From Desulfobacterales bacterium RIFOXYA12_FULL_46_15 (GTDB lineage: Bacteria; Desulfobacterota; Desulfobacteria; Desulfobacterales; Desulfobacteraceae): DNA of 64,000 nt. The stretch is taken from the NCBI GenBank assembly GCA_001799395.1, contig MGTJ01000016.1, forward strand, positions 6,353-70,352, given 5' to 3'. Shown here piece after piece: positions 1 to 10,176 of the stretch; within the stretch, counting starts at the first letter, position 1, and the number at the start of each line of letters is the position of its first letter. The notes under the pieces were generated by a model. It was given only the letters and a program-made list of their open reading frames with translations, did not search any database and was not told the origin of the DNA. Made by a program: the position numbers and the translations under genes.

Positions 1-357
1 CCCTAAGCGGCTTGCTTTTTCATGAATCTTCACAGCCAGATCCGGGCTGGAGGTGGTCATATCCACCACCAGGGTTCCTTTCTCAGCATGGGCTAATATC
101 CCGTCTTCCCCAAAATACACCGCTTCAACATCGGACGGATAACCGACCATGGTGATGATGATCCGGCTTTTTGTGCTCAGAGCCGTGACAGATTCTTCCC
201 AGACCGCCCCGCTGGAAACAAGCTCCTCTGCCGTCTTTTTTGTCCTTGTATATACGTGGACCTCATATCCGGCCTTTAACACATGCCCGGCCATGCTTTT
301 TCCCATGACACCCAGCCCGATAAACCCCACACTGATTTTTTCCGGTTCAATAACCAT
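1..357 (-). CDS. NAD(P)-dependent oxidoreductase, 3-hydroxyisobutyrate dehydrogenase / tartronate semialdehyde reductase family (partial, runs off window)
   Basis: Not in the ORF track; translated by hand: MVIEPEKISVGFIGLGVMGKSMAGHVLKAGYEVHVYTRT...VDMTTSSP. Contains the Rossmann GFIGLGxMG motif and DMTT. GGAGG SD at 361-365. Confidence 0.9.
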   Translation of the reverse strand, partial: MVIEPEKISVGFIGLGVMGKSMAGHVLKAGYEVHVYTRTKKTAEELVSSGAVWEESVTALSTKSRIIITMVGYPSDVEAVYFGEDGILAHAEKGTLVVDMTTSSPDLAVKIHEKASRLG

Positions 358-575
358 GCTCCTCCTTCACTTTTTTTCCCATTCATGACAGTTTTTTCTA
401 ACTTAATCAATATATCATTGTCTCACACAATTTTCTTTACTTGCTTTTTGTATACTGGTACAAATCTATTAATCCTATAATTCATTGTTTCTGATCCATA
501 TCATTACATTCCATGCAAGGTGCTGAAAAATGACACGAAAAAAAGGCATTAAGACAGAACAACCGGCTGTGCTGG

Positions 576-2336
576 ATGGAATTGATGAAAACAATTGATT
601 ATCAAAAAACAAACATGGGAAAATCCCAGGATATCCGGATTAAGCCCTCAGAAATTATTATATGGGTTTTTATACTTGCCGTTCTCTATTTCCTGAGCCG
701 GTATAATTACCTGCTCTTTCACGGCCTTGCAGAACTTTTCAGCATTGCCATATCCTGGGCGATTTTCATGATTGCACAAAACTCAAGACAGTATCTGGGC
801 AATCATTATTTCCGGTTCATTTCCATTGCTTATCTTTTTGTGAGTGTCCTGGACCTGCTTCATATGCTTGCCTATAAAGGGATGGGGGTTTTCCCAGGGC
901 AGGATGCAGACCTTCCGACCCAGTTATGGATCATGGCCCGCTATATGCAGAGCCTTTCAATGGTCATTGCCCCTTTCCTGGTTGAAAAAAAAATAAGGCC
1001 TGGGCCTATCAGCGCTGTGTATGCGGCAATTGTTATATTCTTGGTGGCGTCGGTGTATCAATGGGATCTGTTCCCGGATTGTTTTATTGAAGGCCACGGG
1101 CTGACGGCGTTTAAAAAAACAAGCGAATACATGATTTCAATTTTGCTGATGATATCAGCGGCCCTGCTGTTCAACAAACGCCAGGAATTTAACCCCTATA
1201 TTTTAAAAATATTGATCGCAGCAACCGGGTTGACGATTTTATCTGAGCTGTCATTTACCTTTTACATCAGCGTGTTCGGGTTTTCAAACCTTGTGGGCCA
1301 TTATTTCAAAATCCTGGCTTTTTACCTGATTTACAAAGCCCTGATCCAAGCAGCCCTTAAAAGGCCATATGACCTTATATTCAAGAAATTAATCCAAAAG
1401 CAGGATGCCCTGGATGAAATCCAGAGGGGTCAGCGTCTGTTGATTCAAAATATTCCCGGTATGATCTACAGGGCCCGGCCGGACTGGTCTGCCGTCATTA
1501 TCAGCGGCTCTGAAAAACTCTGCGGCTATTCTGAAGACGAATTGAACCGGAAAGAAAAAAAATGGTTTGATATTATCCTGGAACAGGACCGGGAGAATGT
1601 GTTCTCCCAGGGATCTGAACTGGTAAAGGCGCCTGAAAACCTGGTCCAGACCTATAGAATAAAAACCAGGGAAGGTATGATCAAATGGGTGGCCGATCAT
1701 AAGACGTCCTATTTTTCAGACCAGGGGGACTTCCTGGGCATTGACGGCATCGTATTTGACATCACCCGGGAAATGGAAATGCAGGAAACCCTGCGCCGCC
1801 TCTCCTTTCAGGACGGGCTGACCGGGGTGGCAAACCGCCGCAAACTGGATCAAGTCATGGACCTGGAATTCCGCCGCTGTGCGCGTTCAGGAAAACCCCT
1901 GGCTGTTCTGATCTGTGATATTGATTTCTTCAAGGCGTATAACGATACCTATGGCCATTTGAAAGGCGATGAATGCCTGATGGCTGTTGCAAAAAAGCTG
2001 GACAGCCTTTTTAACAGGCCCGGAGATCTTTTTGCGCGATATGGCGGGGAGGAGTTTGCCGTGATCCTGCCCGAAACCGGATTGGATACGGCCTTGCTCA
2101 TGGCTGAAAAAATCCGGGTAAAAATCGAACAAAGGCAGATTGAACACGTTGGGGCAAAAAATCAAAATATAGTAACCATCAGTGTGGGAGGCTGCGTTGT
2201 GGTTCCGGACAGCAGGTTGACATCTGAAGATTTGTTCCGGCAAGCGGACCAGGCTCTCTACCAGGCAAAAAAAGAGGGGCGAAATACCATTCGGGTATAT
2301 CTATATGATTCAAAGCCGGCCGCCGGCAGCAAATGA
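576..2336 (+). CDS. MASE3-PAS-GGDEF diguanylate cyclase
   Basis: N-terminal multi-TM region with YLLFHGLAELFS, LDLLHMLAYKGMGVF and TQLWIMAR (MASE3-like); PAS (NIPGMIYR...IDGIVFDIT); intact GGEEF and RPGD I-site. Exact start uncertain. Confidence 0.92.
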   Translation: MELMKTIDYQKTNMGKSQDIRIKPSEIIIWVFILAVLYFLSRYNYLLFHGLAELFSIAISWAIFMIAQNSRQYLGNHYFRFISIAYLFVSVLDLLHMLAYKGMGVFPGQDADLPTQLWIMARYMQSLSMVIAPFLVEKKIRPGPISAVYAAIVIFLVASVYQWDLFPDCFIEGHGLTAFKKTSEYMISILLMISAALLFNKRQEFNPYILKILIAATGLTILSELSFTFYISVFGFSNLVGHYFKILAFYLIYKALIQAALKRPYDLIFKKLIQKQDALDEIQRGQRLLIQNIPGMIYRARPDWSAVIISGSEKLCGYSEDELNRKEKKWFDIILEQDRENVFSQGSELVKAPENLVQTYRIKTREGMIKWVADHKTSYFSDQGDFLGIDGIVFDITREMEMQETLRRLSFQDGLTGVANRRKLDQVMDLEFRRCARSGKPLAVLICDIDFFKAYNDTYGHLKGDECLMAVAKKLDSLFNRPGDLFARYGGEEFAVILPETGLDTALLMAEKIRVKIEQRQIEHVGAKNQNIVTISVGGCVVVPDSRLTSEDLFRQADQALYQAKKEGRNTIRVYLYDSKPAAGSK

Positions 2337-2406
2337 AAACAAAAGACCGGTATTTTTAAAATCCCGGAAATTACTCTTGAATCAACCCGAAAGAGGAGGT
2401 TCAGTC

Positions 2407-5400
2407 ATGACCATGCCTTTAGACGAAAAAATCGGACCGCCAGGGTATAAGACAATTCTACCGTGGACGGCATTGGTGATCCTGGTGGTGTTATCTTTTT
2501 TGATCTGGCGGTTCTATGAAAACACATTTACGGAGAGAGAACGGCATAGATTCAGTGAAGATATCCATAGTATCAGCAACGAAATTATCTCACGGCTTGA
2601 TAAATACCATATGGTTCTCCAGGGGGGGGCAGGCATTTTCACAATTTTCGAGGAGGTGAGCCGGGAGAAATGGCGGGCGTATTACGAATATTGCAAGATC
2701 AGCACTTTTTACCCGGGAGTCCAGGGCATCGGGTTTTCCCGGGTGATCCTGCCTGCAGAAGTGGATCAACATATCCGGGAGGTCAAAGACCAGGGGTTTC
2801 CCGATTATACAGTCCGGCCCGCCGGAGAGCGGGATATATACACGGCCATCATCTTTCTGGAGCCGTTTGATGCTCGCAACCAGAGGGCCTTCGGCTTTGA
2901 TATGTTTTCCGAACCCGTGCGGCGCGCCGCCATGGAAAGAGCCCGGGACACCGGTCAAGTGTCCATGTCGGGCAAGGTAATCCTGGTTCAGGAGGGAAGC
3001 CTGGAGGTTCAGCCCGGATTTCTGATTTATGTTCCCATTTATAAAAGAAGCATGCCGCTGCATACCGAAAAAGACCGGAGGGCTGCCATCCGGGGATATG
3101 TGTACGCTCCGTTCCGGATACATGATTTCGCCCGGAGCATCTTTCCGGAACTTAATACCGGCATCTGTTTCTCTTTATATGACGGTTCAAACGTTTCACC
3201 GGAAACCTTGATGATTGACAGTCATGACCCTTCCCGTGTATCAAGGGAAAACCACCGGCCCATGTTCGCCGCCCAAAAGACCCTGGACTTGTATGGACAC
3301 CCATGGACCCTGGTTTTTGAAACCCTGCCGGGTTTCGAGGCTGCCGTGGACCGTTATACGCCAAAGATCACCCTGGTTGTCGGTCTCTGTATCAGCCTGC
3401 TGATTTTTTTCTTTCTCAGGACACAGGAAAGAACCACAGACAAAGCTTTTTCCATGGCCCGTGACATGACCTCGGCCCTGCGGGAAAGTCAGGCAACCCT
3501 GGAAACGGCCCTGGCCGGCATGGCCGACGCTGTGTTTATTTCCGATGCCCAAGGGCGGTTTGTCAATTTCAATAAAGCATTTGCCACCTTTCACAAATTC
3601 AGGGACATTGAAGAGTGCGCCAAAATCATGGATGAATACCCGATGTTCCTGGATGTGTTTTTTTCCGACGGCAGGCCTGCGCCCATGGAGCAGTGGGCGG
3701 TTCCCCGCGCCCTGAGAGGCGAAACCGTTACAAATGTCGAGTATGGGTTAAAGCGTAAAGACACAGGGGAGACATGGATCGGAAGCTACAGTTTTGCTCC
3801 CATTCTCAATAAGGACGGCACCATCATCGGGTCAGTGGTGGTCGGTCGTGACATAACCGATCAGAAGGAGGCGGAAAACGCTTTGAAAAAAAGCGAGCAA
3901 AAATATCGGCTTCTGGCTGAAAATGCCCTGGATATCATCTGGACCGTAGACCTTGACGGCCGTCTTACCTATATCAGCCCGGCCATTGAAAAACTGATCG
4001 GGTTCACCGATGCCGAGGTATTAAACATGCCCATGACAGATTATATTGTCGCAGAGGACTGCAAGGCCCTGCTGGAGTCCCTGGCAGCGGAACTGGCCAA
4101 ACCGCCTGAGGAGCGGCCTGTCTCCCAGACACGGGAGATGCGGTACAAAACCCGGGACGGACGTGTTCTGGAGGTCGAATTCACAGCCACCTGGCTGATG
4201 GATGACCAGGGTCAGGTCTGCGGCGTCCAGGGCAACACCCGGGATATGACCGAACATAAACAGGCGGAAGCCAACCGGATCGCCCGCCTGACGGCCGAGG
4301 CAGCCAACAGGGAAAAGAGCCTGTTTCTGTCCAATATGAGCCATGAAATCCGGACCCCCATGAATGCCATCCTGGGATTTGCCCAGATCCTGGAACGGGA
4401 TTCTTCGCTTTCTCTAAGACAGATGGAACAGATCCGGAGTATCAACCGAAGCGGCAGATACCTGCTTCATCTGATCAATGATATCCTTGACATGTCCAAA
4501 ATCGAAGCCGGGATGATCATGCTCAAACCACGCATTTTCCACCTCCACGACCTTCTGGGCGATCTTGAAATGATGTTCCGGTCCAGGACCGACGCCATGG
4601 GGCTTCAATTGCTCGTGGAACGGGATATATATCTGCCGGATCATATCTTTTGTGATGAAAGCCGGTTGCGGCAGGTTCTGGTCAACCTGGTAGGGAATGC
4701 GGTCAAGTTTACGGAAAAAGGCGGGGTTTCGGTCCGGGTAAGGGTGGAGCCGGTTCATGGGCGACCGGCCGGAGAAGAAAAAAACATGAGCCTGGTCGTT
4801 GAGGTAGAGGACAGTGGTCCTGGAATTCCACGCAAGGATCTGGATTCCATTTTTGAGGCCTTCCGGCAGTCTGAAGCAGGAACTAAAGCCGGGGGTACCG
4901 GGCTGGGCCTGGCCATCAGCCGCAAGCTCGTGGAAATGATGGGCGGCCGGCTTACGGTTGAAAGCGAAGTGGGCAAAGGCAGTTGCTTTCATTTTGATGT
5001 GCGCCTGGAACCGGCCGGAACCCTGGCGGAAAAAGAAACACTCAAACCGGACAACATCGTCGGGTTGGATCTCGGCTCAAGTCCCTGGCGAATTCTGATC
5101 GTGGATGACATTAAAACCAACCGGGACCTGCTGCTCAGCCTGCTTAAGCCCATCGGGTTCGAAGTCCGGGAGGCGGAAAACGGGGCCGGGGCAATTGAAA
5201 TCTTTCAAGACTGGAAACCCCATGCCGTGCTGATGGATATGCGGATGCCGGTGATGGACGGGTATGAAGCCACCCGGTGGATCAAGGCTGATAAGGCAGG
5301 GGCAGCCACACCCGTGATTGCAGTGACAGCCAGCGCCTTTAAGGAGTCAAAGGAAGAAATTCTGGCCACCGGGGCATCGGCCTATCTGCGAAAACCCTTC

Positions 5401-5718
5401 CGGATGGGAGAACTCTACGAAGCTCTGGGGCAATGCCTGGGGCTGAATTATGTGTATTCCGAGGGGCAGGATATGTTTCAGATTCCTGAAAAGATACCGG
5501 CTCTCACCCCCCAATCCCTGGCAGCACTGCCCGAAAATCTGATCCTGGCCATGCAAAAGGCTGTGGCCGAAGGGGATATTATATTTCTGATGGAACTGAT
5601 CGGTCATGCAGAGGTGCAAAACAAGACCACCGCCCTGGGGCTGCGTGCCCTGGCTGACCGGTATGATTATAAAAAACTCAATGAATTGCTCGGCAAAGGA
5701 GGCAGTGACAATGGATAA
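2407..5718 (+). CDS. Hybrid sensor histidine kinase CHASE-PAS-PAS-HisKA-HATPase-REC
   Basis: CHASE motifs (YPGVQGIGF, EPFDARNQRAFGFDM); H-box [18 protein letters not shown]; N, G1 and G2 boxes; REC (VLMDMRMP). Start moved to ATG 2407 after GAGGAGG. Confidence 0.92.
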   Translation: MTMPLDEKIGPPGYKTILPWTALVILVVLSFLIWRFYENTFTERERHRFSEDIHSISNEIISRLDKYHMVLQGGAGIFTIFEEVSREKWRAYYEYCKISTFYPGVQGIGFSRVILPAEVDQHIREVKDQGFPDYTVRPAGERDIYTAIIFLEPFDARNQRAFGFDMFSEPVRRAAMERARDTGQVSMSGKVILVQEGSLEVQPGFLIYVPIYKRSMPLHTEKDRRAAIRGYVYAPFRIHDFARSIFPELNTGICFSLYDGSNVSPETLMIDSHDPSRVSRENHRPMFAAQKTLDLYGHPWTLVFETLPGFEAAVDRYTPKITLVVGLCISLLIFFFLRTQERTTDKAFSMARDMTSALRESQATLETALAGMADAVFISDAQGRFVNFNKAFATFHKFRDIEECAKIMDEYPMFLDVFFSDGRPAPMEQWAVPRALRGETVTNVEYGLKRKDTGETWIGSYSFAPILNKDGTIIGSVVVGRDITDQKEAENALKKSEQKYRLLAENALDIIWTVDLDGRLTYISPAIEKLIGFTDAEVLNMPMTDYIVAEDCKALLESLAAELAKPPEERPVSQTREMRYKTRDGRVLEVEFTATWLMDDQGQVCGVQGNTRDMTEHKQAEANRIARLTAEAANREKSLFLSNMSHEIRTPMNAILGFAQILERDSSLSLRQMEQIRSINRSGRYLLHLINDILDMSKIEAGMIMLKPRIFHLHDLLGDLEMMFRSRTDAMGLQLLVERDIYLPDHIFCDESRLRQVLVNLVGNAVKFTEKGGVSVRVRVEPVHGRPAGEEKNMSLVVEVEDSGPGIPRKDLDSIFEAFRQSEAGTKAGGTGLGLAISRKLVEMMGGRLTVESEVGKGSCFHFDVRLEPAGTLAEKETLKPDNIVGLDLGSSPWRILIVDDIKTNRDLLLSLLKPIGFEVREAENGAGAIEIFQDWKPHAVLMDMRMPVMDGYEATRWIKADKAGAATPVIAVTASAFKESKEEILATGASAYLRKPFRMGELYEALGQCLGLNYVYSEGQDMFQIPEKIPALTPQSLAALPENLILAMQKAVAEGDIIFLMELIGHAEVQNKTTALGLRALADRYDYKKLNELLGKGGSDNG

Positions 5719-6808
5719 TAAGACAATTTCGACAATCATGGTAGTGGATGATACCCCGGCCAACCTGAAAATTCTTCAGGATATGCTCCAGGACAGCGGT
5801 TATCGTGTGCTGGCATTTCCATCCGGCAGGATGGCCCTGGCTGCAGCAGTTAAAAATCCGCCCGATCTGATCCTGCTGGATATCATCATGCCGGAGATGA
5901 ACGGCTTTGAGGTCTGTGAGACTCTCAAGGCCGACAGCATATTAAAGGAAATCCCCATACTCTTTATCAGCGCCCTGACCGAAGCTGCGGACAAAGTCCG
6001 GGCCTTTTCCTCAGGGGGCGTGGATTATGTGACCAAGCCCTTTCATTTCGAGGAGGTCCGGGCCCGGGTGAAAACCCATCTGAAGCTGAGAAGATTACAG
6101 ATCGAACTTGAAAAGCACAATCTTCACCTGGAAAGGTTGGTGGAAGAAAAGATACGGGAGATATCCGATTCCCAGATGGCCACTATCCTGGCGGTTTCAA
6201 AACTGGCTGAATCCAGGGATGACGATACCGGGCACCATATTGAGCGGACAAGGATTTTCTGCAAGACCCTGACCGAAAAACTGCGGCTCAATCCCCGCTA
6301 TGCAGACAGCATCAATGATGCCTATGTGGAAAATATTTATCATGCCGCTCCGCTGCATGACATAGGCAAGGTCGGTATCTTTGACAATATCCTGCTCAAG
6401 CCCGGCAAGCTCATACCAGAGGAATTTGAAATCATAAAAACCCACACCCTGATCGGGGCAAGGGCGCTTCAAACAGCACACAGCAAATACCCGAAAAATG
6501 CATTTCTCAATATGGGCATCGCCATTGCCCATGCTCACCATGAAAAATGGGACGGCAGCGGCTACCCGGATGGGCTGGCAGGAGAAGATATCCCCTTAAG
6601 CAGCCGTATCATGGCCGTGGCCGATGTCTATGATGCGCTGCGCTCAAAACGGCCTTATAAGGACGCCTTTTCCCACGAGAAAAGCTGCGGGATCATCCTG
6701 GAAGGCGCAGAGAAACATTTTGATCCGGCAGTGATCAATGCTTTCAAGGATGCTGCGCCGGAATTTGCTGAAATCCGCAGGCGCATGGATGATGGTGCGG
6801 AACGATGA
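5711..6808 (+). CDS. REC + HD-GYP c-di-GMP phosphodiesterase (RpfG-like response regulator)
   Basis: REC (VVDDTPAN, LLDIIMP), LHDIGK, HHEKWDGSGYP and AVADVYDAL. ATG 5711 overlaps the kinase stop. Confidence 0.93.
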   Translation: MDNKTISTIMVVDDTPANLKILQDMLQDSGYRVLAFPSGRMALAAAVKNPPDLILLDIIMPEMNGFEVCETLKADSILKEIPILFISALTEAADKVRAFSSGGVDYVTKPFHFEEVRARVKTHLKLRRLQIELEKHNLHLERLVEEKIREISDSQMATILAVSKLAESRDDDTGHHIERTRIFCKTLTEKLRLNPRYADSINDAYVENIYHAAPLHDIGKVGIFDNILLKPGKLIPEEFEIIKTHTLIGARALQTAHSKYPKNAFLNMGIAIAHAHHEKWDGSGYPDGLAGEDIPLSSRIMAVADVYDALRSKRPYKDAFSHEKSCGIILEGAEKHFDPAVINAFKDAAPEFAEIRRRMDDGAER

Positions 6809-6994
6809 GGAGCTAAAAGGTTCGGAACCGGAATATTTTTTATTCTTTATCCGGCTACCCCATTGTAACCTGCCACTGAAATATGATATTTACGCCATAT
6901 CAGGGACATCTGCAAAAAAAATAACCGCACCTGGCCCGAGATAGACTCTACCCAGGCTTTCAAAGAAAAAAGACCTTATAACACAGGAGATCTG

Positions 6995-9900
6995 ATGGAA
7001 CCCCGATCCGACACTTACGCACCTGTTTCAGCAGGCGCCCGAATCATTCAAAAAGCATCAAGCGTAAAACTGAACCCGGGCATATTATATGAAGCCGTCA
7101 TCGACCTTTCTTCCGAAGGCCTGATCACTGCTAACTGCATCAATATGGCCGCAGGCATCCTCTTGAATGATCTTGGTCTTCCCGATTATTTCTTTGAAAC
7201 CCTTACCAAAGACTCCCTGAAATATATTCTTTCCTCCATTTCAAAGAGTATCAAATTTCAGAACGGGACAGTGGTATTGAATTCCTGGGTGGCAGATATT
7301 GATTTTGACCTCATGAAGGGCAGCCGCATCCAAAGGGTCAGGATTGCCACAAAAGAAACCCGCGACAACATGGAAACAGTCCTCGATACCCAACTGGCAG
7401 GGCACCGCAGGGAATATTATTACAACCCGGAAAGCGAATATTACACCTATGTATTCCGGCCTGAAATTGTTAAAGATTTCAACTCAGCCGATTTCAAGGG
7501 GTCCCGGTTCCTCTTCAGCCAGGATCCTGATTATGCCTCCACTCCCCGGATGACCCGGAACCGGTATGAAAAATTTCTTGAAGCCGTGACCTCATCCGTG
7601 GTCCCGTTGGTAGAGGTATTTAACCTCTCGGACATCGGGCAAGTCCGCTTCATGTTCAATTCCGATTTTGAGAAACCCCAGCTCCCGGTTTTCCGAAGAC
7701 TCTTTGCCGATCACGGGCTTGTGATCACCCGGGCCTACTGGGAGCCCTATTATACGGATTCCGGGGTGGCATCCTCCATCTGTTCCCTGTATGTTCAGGG
7801 GGAACTGTCAAGAAAAAAGGAAACTTTGCTCGTCAATGATCTCAGGTCATATCTCAGCTTTGCCGTCTCAGGCATTACCAGGCTTTATACGGAAGGAAAG
7901 CTCGATTTCCATGAAATGCTCTTCAGCGGTAATGTTATTGATTTTACCCATATGTTCATATTTAAGGAAAGGGGGAAAAAGACTGACCGGGAAATCATGG
8001 AGAGTCTTTTCAGCCAGGACCACAGGGAGGCGTTTTCCGAGAGGATTCATGAATCCAACAAATTCACCTACGTGTCCCGGATGATCATGGAGACCGCCTC
8101 ATCCCACCCGGATCTGCTTTGTTTTTTATACAGCCTTTTTGAACGAAAATTCAACCCGGCTACCCCATTTGACCTGCCCTTGGAAGAAATGGAAAACAAA
8201 GAAAAGGAATTTAACCGCATCCTTGATGTCAGGTTCATGGATTTTTCCATGGGCCGGGATATTTTCTCCTTTATGTTCAACCTTATTTCAGCCACATTGA
8301 AAACCAATTTCTACAAACCGGAAAAACGCTCCTTTTCCTTCAGGATGGACAACCGCATCCTTGATCCCCTGGTGTTTAAACAACCGGTTTTCGGTATTTT
8401 CTATGTCAACGGCCATTATGCCTGCGGCACCCATCTCAGGGCCGAGGATATTGCACGGGGCGGGCTTCGCCTGATCCGGGTGACCCCGGCCAACCATGCA
8501 AGAGAACTCGACAATGCCGTTCTGCTCAATTATGCACTGGGTCCCAAGGCCCAGCGGCTCAAACACAAGGATATCTGTGAAAGCGGGTCCAAAGGCGTGG
8601 TGGTTCCCCACCCCCTTTATGCGGCCTACGGCCTGGATGCCTTGTATGATTACACCGAAGGCATCATGGATCTGATGCTCCCGGATGATTCGGTTGTAGA
8701 CCATTACGGAAAATCTGAGATGGTGTTTTTCGGACCGGATGAAGGCACAGCCCCCTTTATGGATGCCGTCTCCTTCAGGGCAAAGGAAAGAGGCTACCCG
8801 TACTGGCGGACCATCACCACGGGAAAGAGCTTCGGTATTCCCCACGATACCTACGGCATATTGAAAAATGATGATCTTTTCGGCCTCATGGCCCATAAAG
8901 ACAAAAAAACCGAACTCCAGATCAATGGTGAAACCGTGGCCCTGACCACAGACATGGAAGAGATCTGGAATCATATCGGCGGAAAAATAAAGGTCAGCGG
9001 CATGACCACAACCGGTATCATGGTCGCTTTTCGAACCCTGATCACCCATTACGGCTGCAAAGAAGAAGAGTTGAACCTCATGATGACCGGCGGGCCGGAC
9101 GGGGATCTGGGCTCCAATGAAATCCAGTGCTATGAGGGGAAGATCTGCCTCATCATAGACGGCGGGTCTGTTCTTTTTGATCCGGACGGTCTTGATAAAA
9201 AAGAATTGATGAAAATCGCCTTTATGCGGCACACCTCTCCCAGGATGAATTCCCTGGGGTATCCGGCTGAAAAACTGGGGCCGGATGGATTCAAGGTTCT
9301 GCTCAAAGGGAAAAATATCACCCTTCCCGACGGCACCTTTATCGAAGACGGGGCCATGTTCCATAGGACCTTTTTAACTGACCCTGCCAACCGGAAATAT
9401 ATTGAAAAAGCGGATATCAAAGCCTTTATCCCCTGCGGCGGGTTCAAGGACACCATCAATCACGGCAATGTCCGGCAGTTTACCTCCAATTTCAAGGAGC
9501 TTCGCTTTATTGTGGAAGGGGCCAATGTCTTTTTTGATGATGCTGCGCGGCGGTATATTGCCGGATCAACGGATATCCGCCAGATCAAGGACAGTTCCGC
9601 AAACAAGGGCGGGGTCTTTTCATCTGCCGTTGCCGAAGTCCTCACAGGCTTTTTATTCGGCAATGACTATGAAAAAAAGCTCCTGGAAGACAAAGCCACC
9701 CGCTGGGCCCTGATCCGGGATATCATGATGCTGGTTGGCTCCTATGCGTCGCTCGAAACCGGTATGCTGATCCGGATCAATGAAAAAAATCCCGGAATTC
9801 CCCTGTTTATCCTGTCTGAAAAAACAAGCGAACAGATCTTTTCCTTCCAGGCAGTTGCGGCTGAGCATCTGGATGTCATTCTTTCCGATGAAAATCTTCT

Positions 9901-10129
9901 CTGGGCCATACTGGAGGCGTATACCCCGGGCATCCTTGTAAAAAACCTGGGCCGGGAAGCCATCCTTACGATTCTGAATTCCGAAAAATTGAGGGCTTAC
10001 CGGAATGCCGTCATTACCAAAAAACCGGCAGCCATTGCCTTTTATAAGAATGGACCGGACTGGGATGCCTATATGGATAAGGCGGCATCGGATTTTTCAG
10101 GAACTATCAAAGCATTATTTACAAAATAA
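6995..10129 (+). CDS. gdh: Large NAD-specific glutamate dehydrogenase (fungal GDH2-like size class)
   Basis: 1044 aa with DIARGGLR, KHKDICESGSKG, FFGPDEGTA, TGGPDGDLGSNEI, FIPCGG, VEGANVF and KDSSANKGGVFSS motifs. Confidence 0.85.
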   Translation: MEPRSDTYAPVSAGARIIQKASSVKLNPGILYEAVIDLSSEGLITANCINMAAGILLNDLGLPDYFFETLTKDSLKYILSSISKSIKFQNGTVVLNSWVADIDFDLMKGSRIQRVRIATKETRDNMETVLDTQLAGHRREYYYNPESEYYTYVFRPEIVKDFNSADFKGSRFLFSQDPDYASTPRMTRNRYEKFLEAVTSSVVPLVEVFNLSDIGQVRFMFNSDFEKPQLPVFRRLFADHGLVITRAYWEPYYTDSGVASSICSLYVQGELSRKKETLLVNDLRSYLSFAVSGITRLYTEGKLDFHEMLFSGNVIDFTHMFIFKERGKKTDREIMESLFSQDHREAFSERIHESNKFTYVSRMIMETASSHPDLLCFLYSLFERKFNPATPFDLPLEEMENKEKEFNRILDVRFMDFSMGRDIFSFMFNLISATLKTNFYKPEKRSFSFRMDNRILDPLVFKQPVFGIFYVNGHYACGTHLRAEDIARGGLRLIRVTPANHARELDNAVLLNYALGPKAQRLKHKDICESGSKGVVVPHPLYAAYGLDALYDYTEGIMDLMLPDDSVVDHYGKSEMVFFGPDEGTAPFMDAVSFRAKERGYPYWRTITTGKSFGIPHDTYGILKNDDLFGLMAHKDKKTELQINGETVALTTDMEEIWNHIGGKIKVSGMTTTGIMVAFRTLITHYGCKEEELNLMMTGGPDGDLGSNEIQCYEGKICLIIDGGSVLFDPDGLDKKELMKIAFMRHTSPRMNSLGYPAEKLGPDGFKVLLKGKNITLPDGTFIEDGAMFHRTFLTDPANRKYIEKADIKAFIPCGGFKDTINHGNVRQFTSNFKELRFIVEGANVFFDDAARRYIAGSTDIRQIKDSSANKGGVFSSAVAEVLTGFLFGNDYEKKLLEDKATRWALIRDIMMLVGSYASLETGMLIRINEKNPGIPLFILSEKTSEQIFSFQAVAAEHLDVILSDENLLWAILEAYTPGILVKNLGREAILTILNSEKLRAYRNAVITKKPAAIAFYKNGPDWDAYMDKAASDFSGTIKALFTK

Positions 10130-10176
10130 AGAGCTTGGGCTCTCTTTTAATGATTTTATAAAAACCGGAGGTGTTC

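Noticed and set aside
8288-9364. 358-aa antisense ORF inside gdh
   Set aside because: No motifs or SD; lies fully opposite a well-supported gene, so it is best explained as a codon-bias shadow ORF.
10130-10148. Hairpin AGAGC-ttgg-GCTCT + TTTT after gdh
   Set aside because: Only a 5-bp stem with a short U tract; too weak to call a terminator.
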